From contig CATQHZ020000001.1 of the NCBI GenBank assembly GCA_958296135.2, positions 4,800,001-4,864,000 of the forward strand: DNA of 64,000 bases, written 5' to 3'. The DNA comes from an uncultured Poribacteria bacterium (GTDB taxonomy: Bacteria > Poribacteria > WGA-4E > WGA-3G). The stretch's first letter is position 1. The number at the start of each line of letters is the position of its first letter. The position numbers and the translations under genes were made by a program. Below the pieces are notes generated by a model that was not told the origin of the DNA, searched no databases, and saw only the letters and a list, made by a program, of their open reading frames with translations. Of this stretch, positions 1-8,692 are shown piece after piece.

Positions 1-8
1 CACGAGCA

Positions 9-347
9 TTACGAACTCTCAACACCGTTCGGCGGCGGCTCATCAAACGGTTCACCCTTCTCAGCCGCAGCGATGCGCCGTTCATACCACGCGTTGGCAG
101 CCGCTTGTTCTTCCTGCAACTGCTCAAGAACAGGAGAACCCGTCCCATTAGGCATCGGTTCGTCAAACGGCGCGCCATTTTCTTGCGCCCGGAGACGGCG
201 TTCGTTCCAAGCCTGCTGAGCACCGCGTTCTTCCTGTAACTGTGCGACAGCCGCGCGCGCCGTTTCCTCCGCAGCGTGGAGCCGCGCTTCCAGCTCGCGC
301 CGACGTGCCGCCAATTTTTCGCGATACCACTCATGTAACATCATCAT
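9..347 (-). CDS. Small helical protein with two internal copies of the (A)W..RR..GxPFDEPxP module (copy 2 of tandem)
   Basis: 112-aa ORF with an AGGAG SD upstream of ATGATGATG; the motif is shared with ORFs at 874-1212, 6394-7339 and 33832-34296. Confidence 0.75.
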   Translation of the reverse strand: MMMLHEWYREKLAARRRELEARLHAAEETARAAVAQLQEERGAQQAWNERRLRAQENGAPFDEPMPNGTGSPVLEQLQEEQAAANAWYERRIAAAEKGEPFDEPPPNGVESS

Positions 348-380
348 TAAAACTCCTGTGGAGAAGGAGCCGTTTTTTCC

Positions 381-852
381 ACCGTAGCGCGAGGGCCTGT
401 CCCTCGCGATCGTCGATCAAGCCGAAAACCTCCCCTTCCACCGTCGCGCGAGGGCCGTTACGGTCACGTCTACAGTTGTCCCTCGCGAGCGTTCATCGAA
501 ACGAAAACGGCCCCCTTCCACCGTCGCGCAAGAGCCTCTCCCGCGCCGCCCTTCGATAGACCTAGCATGGCGGAGGACAGGCCCCCGCCCTACGGACTAA
601 GGGGCCCTTCCACCATCGCGCAAGAGCCTGTCCCGCGTGATCGTTCATCCAAACAAAAACGGCCACTTCCACCAACGAAAAACGCCACTTTCACCGTAGC
701 GCGAGGGCCCGGCGATCACTAATCGCCGAGGGTTCCCCTCGCGATCCCCCGACCGTCTCAAAAACGTCAATTAAACCGTAGCGCGAGGGCTTGTCCCTCG
801 CGAGCCCCTTGATAGACCTAGCATGGCGGAGGACAGGCCCCCGCCCTACGGA
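381..852. repeat. Cluster of GTAG-type REP-like palindromes (BIME-like mosaic)
   Basis: About 8 variants of accGTAGcgcgagggcctgtccctcgcga in both orientations (e.g. 381, 440, 520, 693, 775; reverse at ~570 and ~825). Confidence 0.85.
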
Positions 853-873
853 CTTAGGGGCCCTTTGCGCTCA

Positions 874-1212
874 TTACGAACTCTCAACACCGCTCGGCGG
901 TGGCTCGTCAAACGGTTCACCCTGCTCAGCCGCAGCGATGCGCCGTTCATACCACGCGTTGGCAGCCGCCTGTTCCTCCTGCAACTGCGCGACAACACCG
1001 GGGTCTGTCCCATTAGGCATCGGTTCGTCAAACGGCGCGCCGTTTTCTTGCGCCCGGAGACGGCGTTCGTTCCAAGCCTGCTGAGCACCGCGTTCTTCCT
1101 GTAACTGTGCGACAGCCGCGCGCGCCGTTTCCTCCGCGGCGTGGAGCCGCGCTTCCAGCTCGCGCCGACGTGCCGCCAATTTTTCGCGATACCACTCATG
1201 TAACATCATCAT
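874..1212 (-). CDS. Small helical protein with two (A)W..RR..GxPFDEPxP modules (copy 1 of tandem)
   Basis: 112-aa ORF with AGGAG SD; differs from 9-347 only at GSPVLE/DPGVVA, K/Q and N/S. Confidence 0.75.
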   Translation of the reverse strand: MMMLHEWYREKLAARRRELEARLHAAEETARAAVAQLQEERGAQQAWNERRLRAQENGAPFDEPMPNGTDPGVVAQLQEEQAAANAWYERRIAAAEQGEPFDEPPPSGVESS

Positions 1213-1245
1213 TAAAACTCCTGTGGAGAAGGAGCCGTTTTTTCC

Positions 1246-1645
1246 ACCGTAGCGCGAGGGCCTGTCCCTCGCGATCGTCGATCAAGCCGAAAACCTCCCC
1301 TTCCACCGTCGCGCGAGGGCCGTTACGGTCACGTCTACAGTTGTCCCTCGCGAGCGTTCATCGAAACGAAAACGGCCCCCTTCCACCGTCGCGCAAGAGC
1401 CTCTCCCGCGCCGCCCATCGATAGACCTAGCATGGCGGAGGACAGGCCCCCGCCCTACGGACTTAGGGGGCCCCTTGAACCGTAGCGCGAGGGCCGTTAC
1501 GCCGAAACTTTGTCATCTCTGCAGCCTCGCTGCAGAGATGTCCACTGTCCCTCGCGATCGTCGATCGAGATATAGACCCAGCATGGCGGAGGAAACCCTC
1601 GGCGATTCGCTATCGCCGGGCCCCCGCCCTACGGACTAAGGGGCC
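1246..1645. repeat. Second REP-like palindrome cluster with nested hairpins
   Basis: Same GTAG-cgcgaggg...ccctcgcg family; loops carry inserted hairpins (catctctgcagcctcgctgcagagatg ~1514-1540; ctcggcgattcgctatcgccggg ~1598-1620). Confidence 0.8.
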
Positions 1646-1685
1646 CTTCACGCTTCTTCAAAGCAGCTCCTTCTATTTCTGTTAC

Positions 1686-1714
1686 AGTTTACGCTATTTG
1701 CGGCGAAAAGTCAA
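1686..1714 (-). promoter_or_regulatory. Putative sigma70 promoter
   Basis: TTGACT-17bp-TAAACT on the minus strand, upstream of the REP/small-ORF array. Confidence 0.5.
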
Positions 1715-1738
1715 GGGACATTTGCACACCAGCGGCAC

Positions 1739-3481
1739 TTAGGCATCACATGCCCCACATTTCCTGCAAACCGCCGTATCGCACTCACTCGTCATGAAGC
1801 CTTTTTCATGCTTGTGGAACTCTAACCGCAGGAATTGCGGTTTCACGTTCAGATCGAGGTGGGCCCAAGGGGATATTTCATGGAGGGGACGTTGACGGAG
1901 GGCATAAAAATCGGGGGCTAACCCGTGTTGACGGAACGCTTGATTCCACGCTGCGCCGCGCGCGAGGGCTAAAATCACCTTGCCGAGCCGCCGGTCGCCG
2001 CGCGCGAAGACTGCTTCCTGATGCGCCAGCCGCGCACTTGCAGAACCAACCTTGATGCTACCGAGCCGGTTAATCTCGCGCTTGAGAAAATCAAGTTTCC
2101 GAGCGATAGTCTTCGGCGGTTCCATCGCTACCCACTGGAACGGCGTGTGCGGCTTCGGCACCATCGGCGAGATAGTGAAACTGATGCGGCCCATTCTCCC
2201 AGTCCGCTTCGCATGCGGGAGAAGAATGCTGCGCATCTCTCTCGCCATATCGGCGATAGCCTGCACATCTGCCGGTGTCTCGTCCGGCACACCGATGAGG
2301 AAATAGAGACGCAAATTGAGGATGTCGCGCTTCAACGCCTCTTCAAAGATATAATAGAGACGTTCACGCGGGATGGCCTTGTTGACGACTTTCTGCAGAT
2401 GCTCGGTGGCAACCTCGGGGGCAATGGTAATGGTGCCTTGTTCGCTGTCGGCGAGGGCATCAAGGAGCGGCGCGCGCACCGTCTCCGCACGGAGCGAAGC
2501 ACAGGAGATGCGGAAGCCACGCGCCACTAAGCCGGCAGCAATCTCGTCGATTTGCGGATGGTCAGAAATCGAAGCACCGACTAAGCCAATTCTGTCCGTG
2601 ATGCCGCGGGCGCGCTCAGCAAGAGCAAGCGTGTTTTCAACAGAGCGATGCCTCGGCCAGCGGCGCGCGTAATCCGCAACGCAGAACCGACACTGCCGGC
2701 CACAACCCCGCACAATTTCAATCAGGTGCGCATTGGAAAATTCGGTATGCGGCGTATGAAGCTGCGTGCAGGTCTGGACATCATCAAGCTTCGGCACAGC
2801 AGCGGCGTGAATCGGAAGAGACGCGCCGGAACCGCACCGCGGCTGCACATGCTGGACAGTGCCATCATCGTGATAGGTAACGTCATAGAAACATGGCACA
2901 TAGAGCCCAGGAACCATCGCGAGCGTTTCAAGCAACTCGGTCTTCGGCGCGCCGCTCTGTTTCCACGCATCAAAGCGCGCCATCAATTCGTGGATAACCA
3001 ACTCCGCCTCTCCGACAACGAAAACGTCAACGAAATCCGCGATAGGTTCCGGATTATAGGAGATGTTAATGCCACCGGCGATGACGAGCGGATCCCAGTC
3101 AGAACGTTCTTCAGCGAGGGGCGGGATATTGGCGAACTCCAGCACGCGCGGGATGTTCACGTAATCGGACTCAAAGGAGACAGAGAACCCAATGATGTCG
3201 AATTGGTTAAGCGGCGTTTGCGTCTCAAATGAGAAGAGCGGTGTTTTCTGAGCGATGAGCTGCCGCAGATAACTGGCTTCGGGCACGAAGGCACGCTCGC
3301 AAGAGGTATCCGCACGCGCGTTAAGCGTGGCATAGATAACCTGAACGCCGAGACTGGACATGCCGAGCTCATAAGTGCTCGGATAGACAAGAGCAAATCG
3401 GTTACGTTTTCGGAACTGCGAGAACTGCTGGTTTTCGTGCTCTTGCTCGAGTAAGTGTTGGTAGTGTTTTCGTAGATTCAA
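1739..3481 (-). CDS. Radical SAM protein (TIGR03960/B12-binding-like family)
   Basis: CGRQCRFC CxxxCxxC motif; N-terminal YPSTYELGMSSLG; PKPHTPFQW; C-terminal CxxCGAC. Confidence 0.85.
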   Translation of the reverse strand: MNLRKHYQHLLEQEHENQQFSQFRKRNRFALVYPSTYELGMSSLGVQVIYATLNARADTSCERAFVPEASYLRQLIAQKTPLFSFETQTPLNQFDIIGFSVSFESDYVNIPRVLEFANIPPLAEERSDWDPLVIAGGINISYNPEPIADFVDVFVVGEAELVIHELMARFDAWKQSGAPKTELLETLAMVPGLYVPCFYDVTYHDDGTVQHVQPRCGSGASLPIHAAAVPKLDDVQTCTQLHTPHTEFSNAHLIEIVRGCGRQCRFCVADYARRWPRHRSVENTLALAERARGITDRIGLVGASISDHPQIDEIAAGLVARGFRISCASLRAETVRAPLLDALADSEQGTITIAPEVATEHLQKVVNKAIPRERLYYIFEEALKRDILNLRLYFLIGVPDETPADVQAIADMAREMRSILLPHAKRTGRMGRISFTISPMVPKPHTPFQWVAMEPPKTIARKLDFLKREINRLGSIKVGSASARLAHQEAVFARGDRRLGKVILALARGAAWNQAFRQHGLAPDFYALRQRPLHEISPWAHLDLNVKPQFLRLEFHKHEKGFMTSECDTAVCRKCGACDA

Positions 3482-3498
3482 TATGCTGCTCCAGTGGC

Positions 3499-3912
3499 TC
3501 AGAGTTGGTATTCCGTGCGTTCGCCGCCATGTGCCGGATTATGGATAAGCCCCTCTCTCACATTCACATCCAGATCTAACAGTTCCATCACCATATGCCC
3601 AACAAGCGCAGGAACGTTGTCCGGCAAACTGCTTACCTCTATGATGCCTTTCCGCGATAGCACGGTAAACTGGACAGGCGAATAAAGCGTCCGAGTCACA
3701 ATGCCGTTTGTCGTGTGGACCAGGGTGGTATCGGTAGGTGTCAAACCGAGACTGTCAATTATCGATTGCGGCAAAGAGAGCCGCGTCGCACCGGTATCAA
3801 CAATCGCGCCTTTGATAGTCACCTGCCGAACCTCTTCAGAACCAATAATGCCAACTTCAGCCAAAACCAGATCTTTCTGATTTGCGACGTGGATGGTGGT
3901 CCTGTGTTGCAT
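3499..3912 (-). CDS. Clan AA (retropepsin-like) aspartyl protease, copy 2
   Basis: IVDTGAT catalytic motif, ALVG..MELLDL C-terminal motif, GGAGGAG SD before ATG at 3912. Confidence 0.85.
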   Translation of the reverse strand: MQHRTTIHVANQKDLVLAEVGIIGSEEVRQVTIKGAIVDTGATRLSLPQSIIDSLGLTPTDTTLVHTTNGIVTRTLYSPVQFTVLSRKGIIEVSSLPDNVPALVGHMVMELLDLDVNVREGLIHNPAHGGERTEYQL

Positions 3913-3937
3913 CGTTTTATCTCCTCCAAAGATGTCA

Positions 3938-4354
3938 TCAGAGTTGGTATTCCGTGCGTTCGCCGCCATGCGCGGGATTATGGATAAGCCCCTCTCTCAC
4001 ATTCACATCCAGATCTAACAGTTCCATCACCATGTGTCCCACAAGCGCAGGAACGTTGTCCGGCAAACTGCTTACCTCTATGATGCCTTTCCGCGATAGC
4101 ACGGTAAACTGGACAGGCGAATAAAGCGTCCGAGTCACAATGCCGTTTGTCGTGTGGACCAGGGTGGTATCAGTAGGTGTCAAACCGAGACTGTCAATTA
4201 TCGATTGCGGCAAAGAGAGCCGCGTCGCACCGGTATCGACAATCGCGCCTTTGATAGTCACCTGCCGAACCTCTTCAGAGCCAATAATGCCGAGTTCTAC
4301 CGCAACCAGATCTTTCTGATTTGCGACGTGGATGGTGGTTCTATGTTGCATCAT
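3938..4354 (-). CDS. Clan AA aspartyl protease, copy 1
   Basis: Same motifs; near-identical 439-bp-period tandem duplicate; AAAGGAG SD. Confidence 0.85.
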   Translation of the reverse strand: MMQHRTTIHVANQKDLVAVELGIIGSEEVRQVTIKGAIVDTGATRLSLPQSIIDSLGLTPTDTTLVHTTNGIVTRTLYSPVQFTVLSRKGIIEVSSLPDNVPALVGHMVMELLDLDVNVREGLIHNPAHGGERTEYQL

Positions 4355-4557
4355 TTTATCTCCTTTCAAACGGATAAGAGTCCGGCGCGCTGCCATCACC
4401 GTCCCGGACTCACGTAGTAACGAGGAGCTGTCCCTCGCAATGCCGAGGTAGAGCCCGTCAGAATGTTCATCTGAGCCCTACCTCGCCTCGTTTGAACGCA
4501 ACCGAACGGAAACGACAGCGCGAGAAACAAAACGGTTCCGCCGGGCAGACTGCGCGC

Positions 4558-5946
4558 CTATTTCCCAGACTTCCCGCCTCGCTTCTGCACGCGCAGGAAG
4601 GCCGGAATATCCCAGTCCGTCTCGCCACGTCCGCTGCTAGTCCCGGTGGCGGCAGGTTGCTGCGCGGGTGCCGGTCTCCGTGCCTGTCTCGCAGGTGGTT
4701 TTTCCGCCGGTGGCTGCTGCGCCGGCGCGGCAGGCGCGCCGGCGGCAGGGAACCCAGCTGCAGAACGGCCCGGGCGCGTTCGGCCCTGGGGTGCCGCGCT
4801 CGTACGGGAACCACCCAGATGCTGCCCAGGCAGCGGTGCCCGGCGTTCCGGGTAAGCCTCCTGTTCATTGTACTGCCTCGGTGCCACCCGCGGATCGACC
4901 CCGGATGCGCGCAAATCCTCTGTATCAAACCCTGTCGCAATGACGGTGACAAGCACCTCATCGCCGAGCTCCAAACTGTCTTTGTAGACAAGCCCGAAGA
5001 TAATCTGCGCATCGGTAGCCGCATCTTGGATTACCTGCATCGCCTCATCCAATTCGTGCATCATGAAATCGGGCGGTGAGGTGATGTTGACAATCATGCC
5101 ATAGGCACCGTTGATGTCAGTTTCCTCAAGAAGCGGCGAAGAAATTGCCTGTTGGGCAGCGGCTTGCGCACGGTTATCGCCCGTGGCGCGCCCCATGCCC
5201 ATCAGCGCACTGCCTGCTTCACGCATGATAGACTCCACATCGGCGAAGTCAACGTTAATCTCACCCGCCTCCGTAATAATATCCGAGATACTCTGAACGC
5301 CGTGGAGCAAAATCTCGTCTCCAACGCGGAGCGCCTCCTGAATCGGCAGTTTTCTGTCCATCGCATCCATCAAGCGTTGGTTCGGAACGACGATGACAGA
5401 ATCGGCGGATGCACGAAGCTCCTCAAGACCGGTTTCGGCTGCCTCGGCGCGCCGCATCCCCTCAAAATTGAAAGGACGGGTAACAACACCGATAGTGAGT
5501 GCCCCGCGTTCGCGCGCAAGCGATGCAATGAGCGGCGCTGCCCCGGTGCCAGTACCGCCGCCCATGCCAGCGGTGACGAACACCATGTTCGCATCCTCAA
5601 CAATCTTTTGCAGATGCTCCCGGTCTTCTTCCGCCGCTTTTCGGCCAACTTCGGGATTCGCACCGGCACCAAGGCCGTTAGTGGTGTTAATCCCAATCTG
5701 GAGTTGTGTCGCGCCATGGCACGTTTTCAACGCTTGATGGTCGGTGTTCACCGCGTAGAATTCGATGCCGGCTAATCCTGCTTCAATCATCCGTTTGACA
5801 GCGTTGCCACCAGCACCGCCGACACCGATGACCTTAATTTTCGCCCGCAGATCTCCAAATTCTTCTTGTTCAAATTCAATCATGTCTGGTTTCGGTTGCG
5901 CTTGCACTACAACCTCATTCCTCCTATTTTTTCCCGATGATACCAA
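4558..5946 (-). CDS. ftsZ: Cell division protein FtsZ (exact start uncertain)
   Basis: GVGGAGGNAV, GMGGGTGTG tubulin signature, INVDFADV, C-terminal WDIPAFLR. Confidence 0.98.
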   Translation of the reverse strand: MVSSGKNRRNEVVVQAQPKPDMIEFEQEEFGDLRAKIKVIGVGGAGGNAVKRMIEAGLAGIEFYAVNTDHQALKTCHGATQLQIGINTTNGLGAGANPEVGRKAAEEDREHLQKIVEDANMVFVTAGMGGGTGTGAAPLIASLARERGALTIGVVTRPFNFEGMRRAEAAETGLEELRASADSVIVVPNQRLMDAMDRKLPIQEALRVGDEILLHGVQSISDIITEAGEINVDFADVESIMREAGSALMGMGRATGDNRAQAAAQQAISSPLLEETDINGAYGMIVNITSPPDFMMHELDEAMQVIQDAATDAQIIFGLVYKDSLELGDEVLVTVIATGFDTEDLRASGVDPRVAPRQYNEQEAYPERRAPLPGQHLGGSRTSAAPQGRTRPGRSAAGFPAAGAPAAPAQQPPAEKPPARQARRPAPAQQPAATGTSSGRGETDWDIPAFLRVQKRGGKSGK

Positions 5947-6103
5947 ATCAATTCACGCTAATTCAGGCTCGTCCGAACCCGAAAGGTCAAAATCAGGGAA
6001 TCTGGTTTCCCTACAGAGATGAGACAAATCAACGTTATTTGGTATTATAGACTCGATTTGACTGCACCTATTGGACATCATAACACTGCATTGCGATCGA
6101 AAC

Positions 6104-6380
6104 AAAAACGGCCCATTCAACCGTAGCGCGAGGGCCGTCACGGTCACGCCTACAGAAAACGTGCGTGTGTCGCCCCGCGTAAACACGGTCACGTCTACAG
6201 AAAATGTGCGTGTGTCGCCCCGCGTAAACACGCTACCTTACTTACTTTAACTTTGTCCTCTCTGCAGCCTCGCTGCAGAGATGCCCACTGTCCCTCGCGA
6301 ATCGCTAACAAAAACGGCCCATTCAACCGTAGCGCGAGGGCCCGGCGATCGCGAATCGCCGAGGGTTCCCCTCGCGATCG
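6104..6380. repeat. REP-like palindromes with nested 45-bp tandem repeat and hairpins
   Basis: aaaacggcccattcaaccgtagcgcgagggcc occurs twice; 45-bp unit at 6139-6183 and 6184-6228; ctctgcagcctcgctgcagag hairpin. Confidence 0.8.
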
Positions 6381-6393
6381 CTCGACCGACATC

Positions 6394-6576
6394 TTACAGC
6401 GCGCTGTTACGTTTCTCGGCAGGGTTGGGTTCGGTGAAGTCTTCGCCGGCGGCTTCCGCTGCCTTCCGACGTGCTTCCCACTCAACCCACTCGCGGTTCG
6501 CAAGCTCTCTGCCGAGGGCCTCGCGCATCCGCTGACGCTTCTCAATCCCCTCGCGGACTAAATTATACAAAATCAT
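6394..6576 (-). CDS. Stand-alone C-terminal module (60 aa) of the 6881-7339 membrane protein
   Basis: GGAGG SD then ATG (MILYNLVREG...WVEWEARRKAAEAAGEDFTEPNP). Confidence 0.65.
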   Translation of the reverse strand: MILYNLVREGIEKRQRMREALGRELANREWVEWEARRKAAEAAGEDFTEPNPAEKRNSAL

Positions 6577-6632
6577 GGGAACCTCCACTACTGCAAAGAA
6601 AAGATAGGGAGCGCGATGCGGTGCCGTGCACC

Positions 6633-6824
6633 TCATGCGTCTTGTGACGTACCATTGCGTTTCTCGGCAGGGTTGGGTTCGGTGAAGTCTTCGCCGGCGG
6701 CTTCCGCTGCCTTCCGACGTGCTTCCCACTCAACCCACTCACGCCGCTCAAGCTCTCTGCCGAGGGCCTCGCGCATCCGCTGACGCTTCTCAATCTGCTC
6801 TTGGACTAAACCATACAAAATCAT
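6633..6824 (-). CDS. Stand-alone C-terminal module (63 aa), variant
   Basis: GGAGG SD then ATG (MILYGLVQEQ...); 248-bp-period repeat. Confidence 0.65.
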   Translation of the reverse strand: MILYGLVQEQIEKRQRMREALGRELERREWVEWEARRKAAEAAGEDFTEPNPAEKRNGTSQDA

Positions 6825-6880
6825 GGGAACCTCCACTACTGCAAAGAAAAGATAGGGAGCGCGATGCGGTGCCGTGCACC

Positions 6881-7339
6881 TCATGCGTCTTGTGACGTGC
6901 CATTGCGTTTCTCGGCAGGGTTGGGTTCAGTGAAGTCTTCGCCGGCGGCTTCCGCTGCCTTCCGACGTGCTTCCCACTCAACCCACTCGCGGTTCGCAAG
7001 CTCTCTGCCGAGGGCCTCGCCGCGCGCCTCGCGCATCCGCTGACGCTTCTCAATCCCCTCGCGGACTAAATTATACAAAATCATGGGAACCTCCACTCCT
7101 AAAAATAAAATCAGAACGGGAATAGTTATCGCCGTCGGAATACACCCCGTGGTATCAACGACAATTGCACGCACCGTCTCATAACCAGCCCAGCCTTTTG
7201 ACAGATGATAGGCAATTGCCATACCACCATAAACCAAGACAAGGACACAAAAGATGAGTAGCGCGATACCTACCCACCCCTGTCGGACACCTAGAAATTG
7301 CACCCGATCTCTCTCTTTCTGCTGTTCATCTTTCTTCAT
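6881..7339 (-). CDS. Membrane protein (2 predicted TM segments) with C-terminal WxxW..RR..GEDFTEP module and internal start at 7084
   Basis: Hydrophobic stretches GWVGIALLIFCVLVLVYGG and AITIPVLILFLG; internal AGGAGTGGAGG SD immediately before the in-frame ATG at 7084. Confidence 0.75.
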   Translation of the reverse strand: MKKDEQQKERDRVQFLGVRQGWVGIALLIFCVLVLVYGGMAIAYHLSKGWAGYETVRAIVVDTTGCIPTAITIPVLILFLGVEVPMILYNLVREGIEKRQRMREARGEALGRELANREWVEWEARRKAAEAAGEDFTEPNPAEKRNGTSQDA

Positions 7340-7376
7340 GCGCCGCTTCCTTCCCCCCAAATGGAGACACAATTGC

Positions 7377-7405
7377 ATTTTAACACACATCGGCATGGAT
7401 GTCAA
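7377..7405 (-). promoter_or_regulatory. sigma70 promoter for the inserted membrane-protein gene
   Basis: TTGACA-17bp-TAAAAT. Confidence 0.7.
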
Positions 7406-7462
7406 GTTTTTTTCAGAATGGGGAGGCGCGCGGTGACAACGCGAAACTCCTGGGCAGCGCGC

Positions 7463-8692
7463 CTAATAGCCGAACCACTCTTTGAATCGCTGCATCAGCG
7501 CACCAAGGCCACTCGGCCGGTGCCGTGAGGACTCTTCAAGTTCCTGAAGGCGGAGCGCGCTACCGTAAAGTACCAGGCCAATACCGGTTGCATACATGGG
7601 ATGATTCACCCGATCGGTCAGCCCCTTCAGTTCCTTCGGGTAGCCTACCTGCACGCGGAGCGGGATAATCTGTTCAGCGAGCTCGGTTAAGCCATCCATT
7701 AGCGATGTACCGCCGGTCAGCATCAACCCGGCGGGGAGTTGCATATCGCCAAGTTCGTAGGCGAGTGCCTCTAAAATTTCTACCATCCGATACTCAATGA
7801 TTTGCGCCAGATCGACTTTATCGATGAACCGCGGCCGATTCGCACCTACCACAGTCGGAATCGGCTCCGAATTCTCCGGGCCAACCAACGCTGTCCATGC
7901 GCAGCCGCGGTGCAGTTTGAGTTCCTCTGCTTCGGGGAGCGTCACCTTTAAATACTGCGCGATATCGTTGGTGACATGCTGCCCGCCCACCGGCAAGACA
8001 GCGGTGTGTTGAATGGCATCCTCTTTGTAAACGATGATTTCGGTGGTGCCGTCCCCGATATCGGCCAGAGCAATCCCTACCTCGCGTTCGTCTTGTGATA
8101 TGACTGCTTCTGTCGATGCCAATGGTGAAGCAACCAGTGTCTCCACATGTGTCAACCCTGCCTTCTCAATGCTGTTCAGCAAGTTCTGTGTTGCCGTTAC
8201 GCCCCCCGTGATGATATAGGCGTAAGCCTCCAGCCGCGCGCCCGACATGCCAACAGGCTCTTTGATGCGATTCTGCGTATCTACGACAAAATTCTGCTCA
8301 ATGACATGCAGAATGTCGCGGCCAGCAGGGATGGAAACGGCGCGCGCGGCCGTCATCGCACGTGCCACATCTGCCTGCGAAATCTCCGGCACACTCGCCA
8401 CGGCGACAACACCGTGCGAGGTTTGCCCAACAAGATGGTCTCCCGAGATGCCGACACACGCGGACTCTATCTTTACGCCTGCCATCAGTTCAGCATCCGA
8501 GATGGCCTTGCGGATAGCTTCCGCCGTTTGAGAGATGTCAACGACACTCCCGCGGCGCACGCCTTCGGAGCGCGCATGGCCAACGCCGATAATCTCAACA
8601 CCTTCCCGCTGCCCCTGCCATGCGTTTCCGACGACGACAGAAATTTTGCTTGAGCCGATATCTAGGCCCGCGATAATACTTTCCTTAGCCAT
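7463..8692 (-). CDS. ftsA: Cell division protein FtsA
   Basis: GLDIGSSKI, DIGDGTT, GGQHVTNDIA, LTGGTS actin-like motifs. Confidence 0.97.
   Translation of the reverse strand: MAKESIIAGLDIGSSKISVVVGNAWQGQREGVEIIGVGHARSEGVRRGSVVDISQTAEAIRKAISDAELMAGVKIESACVGISGDHLVGQTSHGVVAVASVPEISQADVARAMTAARAVSIPAGRDILHVIEQNFVVDTQNRIKEPVGMSGARLEAYAYIITGGVTATQNLLNSIEKAGLTHVETLVASPLASTEAVISQDEREVGIALADIGDGTTEIIVYKEDAIQHTAVLPVGGQHVTNDIAQYLKVTLPEAEELKLHRGCAWTALVGPENSEPIPTVVGANRPRFIDKVDLAQIIEYRMVEILEALAYELGDMQLPAGLMLTGGTSLMDGLTELAEQIIPLRVQVGYPKELKGLTDRVNHPMYATGIGLVLYGSALRLQELEESSRHRPSGLGALMQRFKEWFGY

Larger units (their letters stand above)
9..1465. repeat. 865-bp-period direct tandem duplication (small ORF plus REP cluster)
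   Basis: Approx. 9-600 matches approx. 874-1465 almost identically, with substitutions concentrated in the 3' half of the ORF. Confidence 0.9.

Noticed and set aside
381-1645. Possible CRISPR array from recurring ~28-bp palindromes
   Set aside because: Spacing is irregular, orientations are mixed, copies are degenerate and the same motif is dispersed across the window, as expected for REP/BIME elements.
6394-7084. Diversity-generating retroelement template/variable repeats
   Set aside because: Differences between copies are not confined to adenines (e.g. cgc/caa, ggg/cag), and no reverse transcriptase is present. The same applies to 9-1212.
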